From: an uncultured delta proteobacterium | Lineage (GTDB): Bacteria > Myxococcota > Myxococcia > Myxococcales > Anaeromyxobacteraceae | NCBI GenBank assembly: GCA_963766715.1 | Contig: CAVYBH010000008.1 | Location: 512,001 to 576,000 of the forward strand | Reading direction: 5' to 3' | Length of the DNA stretch: 64,000 bases | Part shown: one piece after another, positions 21,261 to 31,105 of the stretch | How the letters are laid out: every line of letters begins with the position of its first letter | How positions within the stretch are numbered: position 1 is the stretch's first letter | Notes under the pieces: model-generated | What the model saw: only the letters and a program-made list of their open reading frames with translations | The model's database searches: none | What the model was told of the DNA's origin: nothing | Program-made: the position numbers and the translations under genes

Positions 21261-22304
21261 CTAGTAAGAGAACGGGTAGAGCTTCCAGTACGCCTTGATG
21301 TGGTTCCACCGGGCGGCCATGCCGTCCGGCTCGAAGATGAGGAAGAGGATCACCACCAGGCCGAAGACGCCGGACTTGAGCGGGGCCACCAGCTGCATGA
21401 GCGCGGGCCACTGGCTGGACATGGCGTCGGTGGCGAGCCGGAGCAGCTCGGGGAGGAGCGTGATGAAGATGGCGCCGAAGATCGAGCCCAGGATCGATCC
21501 CAGGCCGCCGATGATGACCATGCCCAGGTAGTCGATGGCCAGCGTGATGGGGAAGTTCTCCGGGCTGATGATGCGGGCCTGGTACGCGAGCAGCGAGCCG
21601 GCCACCCCGATGAGGAAGCTGGAGACCGCGAAGGCCAGCAGCTTGTAGCGGAAGACGTCGACCCCCATGACCTCGGCGGAGATGTCCTGGTCGCGGATGG
21701 CGACGAAGGCCTTGCCCACCTTGGTCCGGAAGAGGTTCTTCGTGAAGAAGAGCAGGCCGACCATGATCGGGAAGATGAGGTAGTAGATCTTCCGGTCGTC
21801 GGAGAGCTCCAGCCCGGCGAAGTGCGCGGCCGGGATGGAGATGCCGTTCACGCCGCCGGTCATCGAGTCCCAGTGGGTGACCGTGAACTCCACGATGTAG
21901 TGGGCCGCCAGCGTGGCCACGGCCAGGTAGAGCCCCTTCAGCCGGAGCGAGGGGATGCCGAAGACCAGGCCGACGAGCGCGGTGATCAGGCCGGAGAGCG
22001 GGATGACCACGACGAAGGGCAGCCCGGCCTTGCCGGCCAGCGCGGCGGTGGCGAAGCCGCCCACCGCCAGGAAGGCCGCCGTCCCCAGCGAGATGAGGCC
22101 GGTGTAGCCGGTGACCACGTTCAGGCCGGCCGCGCCGATGATGGCGATGAAGATGCGGTTGAGGACGTCCAGCCAGTAGGTGGTGGCGAACTGCGGCAGC
22201 ACGAGGAGGAAGACGAGCAGGCCGGTCAGCAGGACCCGCGGCAAGGGCGAGTCGAACAGCGACATGTCCTCGGCGTAACTCTGGCGGAAGTCCCCGCAGC
22301 GCAT
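21261..22304 (-). CDS. LivM-type ABC permease
   Basis: GYTGLISLG, LYLAVATLA, AIRD, IGGLGSILG. Confidence 0.88.
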   Translation of the reverse strand: MRCGDFRQSYAEDMSLFDSPLPRVLLTGLLVFLLVLPQFATTYWLDVLNRIFIAIIGAAGLNVVTGYTGLISLGTAAFLAVGGFATAALAGKAGLPFVVVIPLSGLITALVGLVFGIPSLRLKGLYLAVATLAAHYIVEFTVTHWDSMTGGVNGISIPAAHFAGLELSDDRKIYYLIFPIMVGLLFFTKNLFRTKVGKAFVAIRDQDISAEVMGVDVFRYKLLAFAVSSFLIGVAGSLLAYQARIISPENFPITLAIDYLGMVIIGGLGSILGSIFGAIFITLLPELLRLATDAMSSQWPALMQLVAPLKSGVFGLVVILFLIFEPDGMAARWNHIKAYWKLYPFSY

Positions 22305-22316
22305 CCCGTCGCCTCC

Positions 22317-23204
22317 CTAGACCCGCTCGATCTTGATCTTGCCGAACAGGCCGTACGGCTTGATGGTGAGGATGAGCACCAGGACGATGAACGGCGCGAC
22401 CTCCTTGGCCCCGCCTCCCACGAGCGGGTCCAGGTAGCCGCCCGCCAGGTTCTCCAGGATGCCCATGATCGGCCCGCCCACGATGGCGCCGGCGATCGAG
22501 TCGAGGCCGCCCAGGATCACCACCGGGATGACCTTCAGCCCGAAGAAGGCCATGGCGCCGTCCAGGCCGCCGCGCACCCCGGCGAGCAGCACCCCGCCGA
22601 TGGCCGAGACCACCGCGGCGATCGACCAGGCCAGCGCGAAGATCCGCTTCACCGAGATGCCCATCGACAGGGAGACCTGCTGCGAGAAGGCGGTGGCCCG
22701 CATGGCCACCCCGGCCCGGGTGTACTTGAAGAAGAGCGTGAAGATGATGAGCAGGACGGCCACGCTGCCCAGGCTGAAGAGGTAGCCCTGCGAGACCGGG
22801 AGCGGGCCGATGTGCACCGGCTCGGCCGGGAAGATGTTGGGGAAGGGGCGGAGCTCGGTGCCCCAGATGCCCTGGACGATGGCCTTGAGGAGCGAGGAGA
22901 GGCCCAGCGTGACCATGATGAGCGAGATGACCGGCTCGCCGATCATGGGGCGCAGGATGAGCCGCTCGGTGAGGATGCCCAGCAGGGCCGAGAAGCCCAG
23001 CGTGAGGAGGAACGACCAGAAGAAGGGGATCTGGTACTGGACCGTGAGGGTGAGGCAGACGTAGGCGCCGAGCACCAGGAACTCGCCCTGGGCGAAGTTG
23101 AGCACGCTCGTGGACTTGTAGATGACCACGAAGCCCAGGCCGACGAGCGAGTAGATGCTCCCCACCACCACGCCGTTCAGCAGCAGCTGGAGGAAGAACT
23201 CCAT
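22317..23204 (-). CDS. LivH-type ABC permease
   Basis: LNFAQGE, MRATA, ILGGLDS, KPYGLFG. Confidence 0.88.
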   Translation of the reverse strand: MEFFLQLLLNGVVVGSIYSLVGLGFVVIYKSTSVLNFAQGEFLVLGAYVCLTLTVQYQIPFFWSFLLTLGFSALLGILTERLILRPMIGEPVISLIMVTLGLSSLLKAIVQGIWGTELRPFPNIFPAEPVHIGPLPVSQGYLFSLGSVAVLLIIFTLFFKYTRAGVAMRATAFSQQVSLSMGISVKRIFALAWSIAAVVSAIGGVLLAGVRGGLDGAMAFFGLKVIPVVILGGLDSIAGAIVGGPIMGILENLAGGYLDPLVGGGAKEVAPFIVLVLILTIKPYGLFGKIKIERV

Positions 23205-25159
23205 CAGGCCGCCTTTCCCGGGAAGGCGGTCAACCGCCGCACGATGAGGGTGGTCTGGATGCGGGCGGTCTTGCCGTCCTGGAACTTGATGGTGGTGTCG
23301 ATGTCGACCGCGGGCCGGTCGCCGTAGAGGGCGTCGATGACCACCGCGTAGCGCTCCTCGACGAAGCCGCGCCGGACCTTGCGGGTGCGGGTCAGCTCCT
23401 CGTCGTCGGCGTCGAGCTCCTTGTAGAGCAGCACGAACTTCTGGATGCGCGCCGCCGCCGGGAGCGTCTCGTTCACCTGGTCGACCTCCGTCTGCACGAG
23501 GTCGTAGACCTGGGCCTTGGCGGAGAGGTCGGTGTAGGTGGTGTAGGAGATCTTGTTCTTCTCGGCCCACTTCCCCACCACGCCCATGTCGATGTTGAGC
23601 ATGGCGGTGAGGTACGGCCGCCCCTTGCCCACCACCACCGCCTCCTTCACGAAGGGGGAGAACTTGAGCCGGTTCTCGATGAACTGGGGGGAGTACTGGG
23701 TGCCGTCGGCCAGCTGCATCACGTCCTTGATGCGGTCGATGACGACCAGGTGGCCGTCCTCGGCCAGGTACCCGGCGTCGCCGGAGAGCAGCCAGCCATC
23801 GGCCACGGCGGTCTTCGTGGCCTCCTCGTTCTTGTAGTAGCCGAGGAAGACGGCGTCGCTCGTGGAGAGGATCTCGCCGCGCTCGGAGATCTTCACCTGC
23901 GTGCCGGGGATGGGCACGCCCACGGTGTGGAACTGGATGTCGCCGTCCCGGTGGATGCAGGAGATGCCGCTGATCTCGGTCTGCCCGTAGATCTGCTTGA
24001 GCGGCACGTCCATGGCGTGGAAGAAGCGGAACACGTCCGGGCCCAGGGCGGCGCCGCCGGTGGAGGCGCTGCGCAGGTGGGTGAAGCCGAGCCGGTCCTT
24101 GAGCGCCCGGAAGAGGGCCCAGTGCCCCAGCTTGTGCAGGATCGCCAGGCCGACCGGGATGGGCTTCTTCTGGAAGCGGAGGTCGGCCACCTTGCGCCCC
24201 ACCGGCATCCAGCGCTCGTACATGAAGCGCTTGAACGGGGTGGTGTCCATGATCTTCACCTGCACGGTGGAGGTCAGGTTCTCCCAGATGCGGGGCGGGG
24301 CGAACATCACGTGGGGGCCGATCTCCCGGATGTTCTCCATCACCGTCTCGGGCTCCTCGGGGAAGTTCACCGTGAAGCCCACCGCCAGCGCGGTGGAGAG
24401 CGACATCATCTGCTCGCCGATCCAGGCCAGCGGGAGGAAGGAGACGAACTCGTCGGTGGGGCGCTTCTCGTCCACCTGGTTCAGCGAGAGCGCCATGGAG
24501 AGCAGGTTCCGGAAGGAGAGCATGGCTCCCTTGGGGAAGCCGGTCGTGCCCGAGGTGTAGCTGATGATGGCCACGTCGGAGACGGAGCCGCGGCGGACGT
24601 GCTCCTCCCAGGCGCCGGCCCGCTGCGCGAGCAGCTCGCGCCCCTTCTCCTCGACCTCCTCGAAGGAGAGGAGCGACGGGTGCTCGTACTTCCGGAGCCC
24701 GCGGGGGTCGGTGTAGATGACGTTGCGGACCTTGGGCAGCTTGTCGAGCATGTCGAGGATCTTGTCGACCTGCTCCTGGTCCTCGGCCACCACGAACGTG
24801 GCGTCGCAGTGGTCGATGACGAAGGCCACCTCGGTGAGGTTCGAGTCCTGGTAGAGCCCCACCGAGGCCCCGCCGGCCGCCTGCGCGGCGATCTCGCTCC
24901 AGACCCACTCCGGGCGGTTGTCGCCGATGATGGCGACCTTCTCGCCGGGCTGCATGCCCAGCGCCACGAGCCCCATGGAGAAGTCGCGGACGTGGTCGTG
25001 GTATTCACGCCAGGTGAACGGCTGCCAGATCCCGAACTCCTTCTCCCGCATGGCCACCTTGTCGGGGTGGATGGCGGCGTTGCGGACGAGGAGCTTGGGG
25101 AAGGTGTCGTTGCCCTGGAGCTGGTCGAGGATGTCGGGCACGCGGTCTCCGTCGGCCAT
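23204..25159 (-). CDS. Long-chain acyl-CoA synthetase-like protein
   Basis: YTSGTTGFPKG, YGQTE, SGDAG, DRIKD. Confidence 0.88.
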   Translation of the reverse strand: MADGDRVPDILDQLQGNDTFPKLLVRNAAIHPDKVAMREKEFGIWQPFTWREYHDHVRDFSMGLVALGMQPGEKVAIIGDNRPEWVWSEIAAQAAGGASVGLYQDSNLTEVAFVIDHCDATFVVAEDQEQVDKILDMLDKLPKVRNVIYTDPRGLRKYEHPSLLSFEEVEEKGRELLAQRAGAWEEHVRRGSVSDVAIISYTSGTTGFPKGAMLSFRNLLSMALSLNQVDEKRPTDEFVSFLPLAWIGEQMMSLSTALAVGFTVNFPEEPETVMENIREIGPHVMFAPPRIWENLTSTVQVKIMDTTPFKRFMYERWMPVGRKVADLRFQKKPIPVGLAILHKLGHWALFRALKDRLGFTHLRSASTGGAALGPDVFRFFHAMDVPLKQIYGQTEISGISCIHRDGDIQFHTVGVPIPGTQVKISERGEILSTSDAVFLGYYKNEEATKTAVADGWLLSGDAGYLAEDGHLVVIDRIKDVMQLADGTQYSPQFIENRLKFSPFVKEAVVVGKGRPYLTAMLNIDMGVVGKWAEKNKISYTTYTDLSAKAQVYDLVQTEVDQVNETLPAAARIQKFVLLYKELDADDEELTRTRKVRRGFVEERYAVVIDALYGDRPAVDIDTTIKFQDGKTARIQTTLIVRRLTAFPGKAA

Positions 25160-25924
25160 CAGTGGGCTCTGCCCGAGATACGCTTCCTGCACGGCCGGGT
25201 CGCCCTGGACTTCCTGGGGGGTCCCGTCGGCGATCTTCTCGCCGAAGGAGAGCACCGTGACCCGGTGCGAGACGTCCATCACCACGCCCATGTCGTGCTC
25301 GATCATGATCATGGTGGTGCCCCGGTCCTCGTTGATGTCGAGGATGAACCGGGCCATGTCCTCCTTCTCCTCGGCGTTCATCCCGGCCATGGGCTCGTCG
25401 AGGAGCAGCAGTCGCGGCTCGAGCGCCAGCGCCCGCGCCAGCTCGACCCGCTTCTGGAGGCCGTAGGCCAGCGTGCCCACGATCTTCTTGCGGATGTGCT
25501 GGATCTCGAGGAAGTCGATGATGTCCTCGACCACCTCGCGGTTGGCGATCTCCTCGGCCCGCGCCGGCCCGTAGTAGGCGCCCCCGGCCAGCACGCCCTC
25601 CTTCTGGTGGACGTGGCGCCCGATGAGCAGGTTGTCGAGGACCGTCATGCCCTTGAAGAGGGCGATGTTCTGGAAGGTCCGGGCGATCCCGAGCTTGGTC
25701 CGCGCGGCCGGCGAGAGCTTGGTGACGTCCGCCCCGTCGAACTGGATGTTGCCGCGCTGGGGGCGGTAGACGCCGGAGATGCAGTTGAGGAGGCTCGTCT
25801 TCCCGGCGCCGTTCGGGCCGATGACGGCGTGCAGCGCGCCGCGTCGGACCTCGAAGCTGACGTCGGAGAGGGCGGTCACGCCCCGGAAGTGGAGTATCAG
25901 GTTGTTCACCCGCAGGAGCGGCAT
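25159..25924 (-). CDS. LivG-type ABC ATP-binding protein; one extra base near 25164 hides its stop
   Basis: GPNGAGKT, RTFQN, LLDEP, AYLG; removing one C gives a TGATG stop/start overlap. Confidence 0.85.
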
Positions 25925-26013
25925 CGGTCAACCTTGATCCCAGATGAAGGACCTCCGCTTCAAGCCGCACTGCGGCACGAACCGGACGGGCTGCCCCCTT
26001 GACAGGGCGGATG

Positions 26014-26358
26014 CTAGCCGGGTGGCCAGAACATCGGGCGGCCGCCCATGCAGTGCATGTGGACGTGGAAGACGAGCTGTCCGCCCTCCCGGTTCACGTT
26101 CACCACGCTGCGCCAGCCCGGCTCGGCGATGCCCCGCTCGGCGGCGATCCGGGCCGAGACGCGGGCCAGCTTGCCCACGATCGCGTCGTCCTCCGGGGTG
26201 AGGTCGTTGAGCGTGGGGATGTGGCGGCGCGGCACGACCAGCACGTGCACGGGGGCCTGGGGGTTGATGTCGTCGAAGGCCACCACGTCCTCGTCCTCGT
26301 AGACGAGCTTCGCGGGGATCTCCTTGCGGCCGATCTTGCAGAAGAGGCAGTCCGCCAC
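26014..26358 (-). CDS. HIT-family nucleotide-binding protein
   Basis: CLFCKI, PQAPVH, HVHMH triad. Confidence 0.93.
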   Translation of the reverse strand: MADCLFCKIGRKEIPAKLVYEDEDVVAFDDINPQAPVHVLVVPRRHIPTLNDLTPEDDAIVGKLARVSARIAAERGIAEPGWRSVVNVNREGGQLVFHVHMHCMGGRPMFWPPG

Positions 26359-26419
26359 GCGTCACCTCGGTCATGGGCGGCGGCTGGCCGCCGGGTCGGA
26401 GGAGGATACCGCGGCCGGA

Positions 26420-26863
26420 TCAGGGCCGCGAGTCGAGGATCAAGGTGACCGGGCCGTCGTTCACCGACTCGACCTCCATGTGGGCCCGGAAGACCCCCTG
26501 CGCCACCGGGAGCCCGCGGGCGCGCAGCAGCGCGGCCACCGATTCGTAGAGGGCGTTCGCCTCCCCGGGAGGCGCCGCGCCCACGAAGCTGGGCCGGTTC
26601 CCCTTGCGGGCGTCGCCGAGGAGCGTGAACTGGGAGACGAGGAGGACGCCTCCCCCCGCGTCCTGGACCGACCGGTTCATCTTGCCCGCCTCGTCCTCGA
26701 AGATGCGGAGCTGGGCGAGCTTGTCGGCCGTCCACCGCGCGTCCGTCTCGGTGTCGCCCGCGGCCACGCCGAGCAGCACGAGGAGGCCGTGACCGATCTC
26801 CCCCACCACCTGCCGGTCGACCCGGACCGCCCCCCGCGCCACGCGCTGGACCACCGATCGCAT
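26420..26863 (-). CDS. dtd: D-aminoacyl-tRNA deacylase
   Basis: VVQRV, SQFTL, KGNRPSF, NDGPVT. Confidence 0.95.
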   Translation of the reverse strand: MRSVVQRVARGAVRVDRQVVGEIGHGLLVLLGVAAGDTETDARWTADKLAQLRIFEDEAGKMNRSVQDAGGGVLLVSQFTLLGDARKGNRPSFVGAAPPGEANALYESVAALLRARGLPVAQGVFRAHMEVESVNDGPVTLILDSRP

Positions 26864-26948
26864 CCGCCTTTCATGCCACGGGCCGCCGCGCGGCGCACGC
26901 CAGCGCCCCGGTCGTGACAGCCCGCGGACCCCGTGCTAATGCCGGGCG

Positions 26949-27980
26949 GTGCTCCTCCTGCGCGACGTCCGAAGCTCCGACCTGCCCGCGCTGCGGGCGC
27001 TGGCGCGCGTGCTCAACTCGGTGAACCTCCCGGCCGACGATCGGGCGCTGGCGGGCATCATCCAGAGGTCGGTCCGCAGCTTCGCGGGGCGCGTCGAGGA
27101 TCCCCTGAGGCGCAGCTACGTGTTCGTGCTGGAGGACCCGGCTCGCGGCCGCGTGCTGGGGACCTCCATGATCATCGCCCAGCACGGGACGCGCGAGTCG
27201 CCCTGCACCTTCCTCGACGTCACCGAGCGGGAGAGCTACTCCTCCACGCTCGATCGCCACTTCCGTCACCAGGTGCTCTCCATCGGCTTCCACTTCGACG
27301 GCCCCACCGAGATCGGCGGCCTGGTGGTGGACCCGCGGGTGCGCGGGAGCGAGGCCGAGCCGGGCAAGCAGCTCTCCTTCGTCCGCTTCCTCTTCATGGC
27401 CGCCTTCCCGGACCGGTTCCGCGAGAAGGTGCTCGCCGAGCTGATGCCGCCGCTCGTGAAGGACGGCAAGAGCCTCTTCTGGGAGAGCTTCGGGCGGCGC
27501 TTCACCGGGCTCGGCTACCAGGAGGCCGACAAGCTCTCCCGGCGGGGCAAGGAGTTCATCCAGCAGCTCTTCCCGGGGGGCGAGTTCTACGCCACCCTGC
27601 TCCCGCCGCGGGTGCAGCGGGCGCTCGGCAAGGTGGGGCGGAGCACCGAGCCCGCCCGGCGCATGCTGTCGCGCCTCGGCTTCCGCTACGTGAACCGCAT
27701 CGACCCCTTCGACGGGGGGCCGCACTACGAGGCCAGGCTGTCGGACGTCACGCTGGTGCGGGACCACCGCGAGCTCGCGCTCCACGCGGAGCCGCTCGGG
27801 CCGTCGGCGCGCGATCCCGAGGTCCTGGCCGGCGTCCTTCGCGCCGCGGGGACGAACCGCTTCCGCGCCGTGCGGACGCGGGCCCGGGTCTCGGGCGGCG
27901 CGGTGCGGCTTCCCCCGGACGCCCGCCGGATGCTCGGTGTGAAGCCGGGCGAGCCGATCCACCTCGTCCCGTTCACCTGA
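26949..27980 (+). CDS. astA: Arginine N-succinyltransferase family protein
   Basis: NLPAD, YVFVLED, GKQLS..RFLF, SLFWE, IDPFDGGP. Confidence 0.8.
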   Translation: MLLLRDVRSSDLPALRALARVLNSVNLPADDRALAGIIQRSVRSFAGRVEDPLRRSYVFVLEDPARGRVLGTSMIIAQHGTRESPCTFLDVTERESYSSTLDRHFRHQVLSIGFHFDGPTEIGGLVVDPRVRGSEAEPGKQLSFVRFLFMAAFPDRFREKVLAELMPPLVKDGKSLFWESFGRRFTGLGYQEADKLSRRGKEFIQQLFPGGEFYATLLPPRVQRALGKVGRSTEPARRMLSRLGFRYVNRIDPFDGGPHYEARLSDVTLVRDHRELALHAEPLGPSARDPEVLAGVLRAAGTNRFRAVRTRARVSGGAVRLPPDARRMLGVKPGEPIHLVPFT

Positions 27981-28050
27981 CCCTTCCGGGACGGGCGCGG
28001 ACTTCGTCCGGGCCGTATCGAGCGCAGCGTCTCCCTCCAGGAGGTCGCAC

Positions 28051-28545
28051 ATGCGTCTTGCCCGCTCGGCTCCGTTCCTCGCCGCCTTCGCCGTTGCCCT
28101 CTCCCTCCCGATCGCCGTCCACGCGCAGGGCGCGCCGACGCCGTACGGCGCTCCCGTCACCACCGAGACCGCGAAGAAGGCCGCGGCCGCAGCGCTCGCC
28201 GAGGGGCGCAAGAACGGCTGGTACGTCGGCGCCGCGGTCGTCGACACCGGCGGGGTGCTCGTCTACTTCGAGCGCATCGAGGGGACCCAGAACGGCAGCT
28301 CCGACGTGGCGATCGAGAAGGCGCGCACCGCGGCGGCCTTCCGGCGCCCGTCGAAGGCCTTCGAGGACGTGGTGGCGAGCGGCAAGACGAACTACCTCAA
28401 GCTGCCCGGAACGGTCCCGATCGAGGGCGGCATCCCCCTCGTGGTGGACGGGAAGGTCGTCGGGGCGATCGGCGTGAGCGGCGCGACCTCGGCCCAGGAC
28501 GGGATCTGCGCCCGGGCGGGTGCGGACGCGCTGGGCGCGAAGTAG
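28051..28545 (+). CDS. GlcG/HbpS-family heme-binding protein with signal peptide
   Basis: AVVDTGG, KARTA, GGIPL..DGKVVGAIGVSG...QD. Confidence 0.85.
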   Translation: MRLARSAPFLAAFAVALSLPIAVHAQGAPTPYGAPVTTETAKKAAAAALAEGRKNGWYVGAAVVDTGGVLVYFERIEGTQNGSSDVAIEKARTAAAFRRPSKAFEDVVASGKTNYLKLPGTVPIEGGIPLVVDGKVVGAIGVSGATSAQDGICARAGADALGAK

Positions 28546-28552
28546 CTCGAGG

Positions 28553-28975
28553 CTACCGGCGGGGACGTCGCGGCGCGGGCTTTGCCTTGGCCTTCGCCTT
28601 CGCCGGGACCTTGGTCTTGGTCTTGGCCTTCTTCGCGGCCTTCGCCTTCGCCGCCCGCAGCGCCGCCTCCAGCGCGAGGCGCCCCCAGGGCTCCATGTCC
28701 TCGGGCGACTCGTGGGCCTCGTCCGGGGGGCGGAAGTAGTTCGTCTCCATCGTCTTCCCTCCTCCGGAGTAGACCCAGCGGCGACACCCCGCGTCCTCGA
28801 ACGCGGCGCGGGTCTCCGGGTCCGTCTTGAGGAAGATCTCGTCGTCGTCGACGAGCCCGATCATGAGGTCGCCGCAGTAGATTCCGTGCCCTCCGAACAT
28901 GGCGCGGGCCCGCACCGGTCCGAGGGGCTCGAGCAGGTCGACGGCGAAGGCGACGAAGGCGGGGGACTCGGGCAC
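28553..28975 (-). CDS. TfoX/Sxy N-terminal domain protein with a Lys/Ala tail
   Basis: RAMFGGHGIY, FLKTD; tail AKAKAAKKAKTKTK. Confidence 0.82.
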   Translation of the reverse strand: MPESPAFVAFAVDLLEPLGPVRARAMFGGHGIYCGDLMIGLVDDDEIFLKTDPETRAAFEDAGCRRWVYSGGGKTMETNYFRPPDEAHESPEDMEPWGRLALEAALRAAKAKAAKKAKTKTKVPAKAKAKAKPAPRRPRR

Positions 28976-29019
28976 GTGGCACCTCCTCGACGGGTCGTTT
29001 GCGGCTTATAACGAGGCCG

Positions 29020-30269
29020 GTGGTCGCCCGCCCCTCCCCCGACGTCGTGCTCCTCTTCACGACGCGCACCTTGCGCCTCTTCGCCTACGGCTTCCTCGCC
29101 GTGGTGCTCGTCCTCTACCTCTCCGAGGCCGGGCTCTCCGAGGGGCGCATCGGCCTCCTGCTCTCCCTGACGCTGCTCGGGGACACCGCGCTCTCCCTCT
29201 GGATCACCACCCACGCCGACCGGATCGGGCGGCGCAAGATGCTCCTCCTCGGTGCGGCGATGATGATCCTCGCCGGCGTGCTCTTCGCCGCCACCACGTC
29301 GTTCTGGGTCCTGCTCCTCGCCGCCACCATCGGGATCATCAGCCCGGCCGGCAACGAGGTGGGACCGTTCCTGGCCATCGAGCAGGCGGCCCTGGCCCAG
29401 GCCGTTCCCGGGGAGCGGCGGACGCAGGTGTTCTCCTGGTACGCGCTGGCCGGGTCGTTCGCCACCGCGCTCGGATCGCTCTGCGGCGGCCTCCTCTCCC
29501 AGGGACTGCAGGCGCGCGGGGCGACCGCGCTTGCGGCGAACCGCGTCGTGGTGCTGGGCTACGCCGTCCTGGGCGCGGCGCTGCTCCTCCTCTTCACCCG
29601 CCTCGGGCCGTCCGCCGAGGCCCCCGCCTCGGGGCGCGAGCAGCGGCGCCCCTCCTTCCTCACCCCGGGGCTCGGGCTCCACGGATCGCGAAAGGTGGTC
29701 TTCCGGCTCTCCTCGCTCTTCGCGCTCGACGCCTTCGCCGGCGGCTTCGTCGTCCAGAGCTTCGTCGCCTGGTGGTTCCACGCGCGGTTCGGGGCCGACG
29801 AGGCCACGCTGGGCGCCATCTTCTTCGGGGCGAACGTGCTGGCCGGCGTGTCGGCCCTCTCGGCGGGGTGGCTGGCGAAGCGGTTCGGCCTCGTGAACAC
29901 GATGGTCTTCACGCACCTGCCGTCGAACGTGCTGCTCTTCCTCGTCCCGCTCATGCCCACGCTGCCGCTCGCCATCGGCGTGCTGCTGGCGCGCTTCTCC
30001 ATCTCGCAGATGGACGTGCCCACCCGGCAGTCCTACACGATGGCGGTGGTGGCGCCGGACGAGCGGTCGGCGGCGGCCGGCGTCACCGGGATCGCCCGCA
30101 CCATCGGCTCGTCCGTGGCGCCGCTGGCGGCGGGACCGCTCTTCGCGGTGCCCGCGCTGGCGAGCCTGCCCTTCTTCATCGCCGGCGGGCTGAAGATCCT
30201 CTACGACCTCCTGCTCTGGCGCGACTTCCGCCGGGTGACGCCGGAGGAGGAGCGGCGGAAGCGGCGTAG
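29020..30269 (+). CDS. MFS transporter; probable indel near 30255 hides the stop at 30267-30269
   Basis: ADRIGRRKML, SQMDVPTRQSY; about 12 transmembrane helices; TATAAC 7 nt before GTG. Confidence 0.85.
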
Positions 30270-30278
30270 GGCGAGCCC

Positions 30279-31097
30279 TTACGCCTCGACGAGCACCGTC
30301 CCGACGCTGCCGGGCTCCTCGACGGCCCGGCGGAGGTCGCCCGGGGCGAGCCTTCCCACGATGACCACCGAGCGGGCCCCGTCCTTCAGCACCTCGAACG
30401 ACTCCTCGAGCTTGGGGATCATGCCGCCGGAGATCGAGCCGTCGGCCACGCCCTTCTCGAAGTCGGCGTGGGTGATGCGGGGAACGCGGCTCCCGGGGTC
30501 CTTCACGTCGCGAAGCACGCCCGGGGCCGAGGTCACGAGCACGAGCGCGTCGGCCCGGAGCGCCCCGGCCAGCTGGCTCGCCACCGTGTCGCCGTTGATG
30601 TTGAGCAGTTGACCGTCGCCGTCGCAGCCCAGGCAGGCCACCACGGGCACGTAGCCCCGGGCCCACAGGTCGCCGAAGAGCGGGAGGTTGAAGCCCACCA
30701 CCTCGCCGACGAGCCCCAGGTCCACCGGATCGGGGCCGGCGCCGGCCATGACCCGGGGCGGCCGCCGGCGCGCCACCACGGCATGCCCGCTCGCGCCGTG
30801 GAGCCCGACCCCGAGCACGCCGTTCGCGAGCAGCCGGGCGCAGACGTCGACGTTCACCTTCCCCGCCACCGCGTACTTCATCACCTCGAGGGTCTCGGGG
30901 TCGGTGAAGCGGCGCCCGGCCACCATGCGGGTCTCGAGCCCGAGCGCCTTCTGCAGCCCGGTGGCCTGGGGACCTCCGCCGTGGACCAGGCTGACCCGGT
31001 GCCCGTCCTCGACGAGCGCCCGCACGTCGCGTGCGATGGCGTCCATCTCGGGGGTGCCGGCCACCTCGCCGCCGATCTTCACCACGATGGTCTTCAA
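30279..31097 (-). CDS. argB: Acetylglutamate kinase
   Basis: VVKIGG, VHGGG, NINGD, GGMIPK. Confidence 0.9.
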   Translation of the reverse strand: MKTIVVKIGGEVAGTPEMDAIARDVRALVEDGHRVSLVHGGGPQATGLQKALGLETRMVAGRRFTDPETLEVMKYAVAGKVNVDVCARLLANGVLGVGLHGASGHAVVARRRPPRVMAGAGPDPVDLGLVGEVVGFNLPLFGDLWARGYVPVVACLGCDGDGQLLNINGDTVASQLAGALRADALVLVTSAPGVLRDVKDPGSRVPRITHADFEKGVADGSISGGMIPKLEESFEVLKDGARSVVIVGRLAPGDLRRAVEEPGSVGTVLVEA

Positions 31098-31105
31098 GGG
31101 ATCTC

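Noticed and set aside
23204..25924. Apparent ABC ATPase-acyl-CoA synthetase fusion (906 aa)
   Set aside because: Removing one C in AGCCCACTGATG gives AGC CAC TGA with a TGATG stop/start overlap, so an indel is the simpler explanation. Natural fusions cannot be fully excluded without reads.
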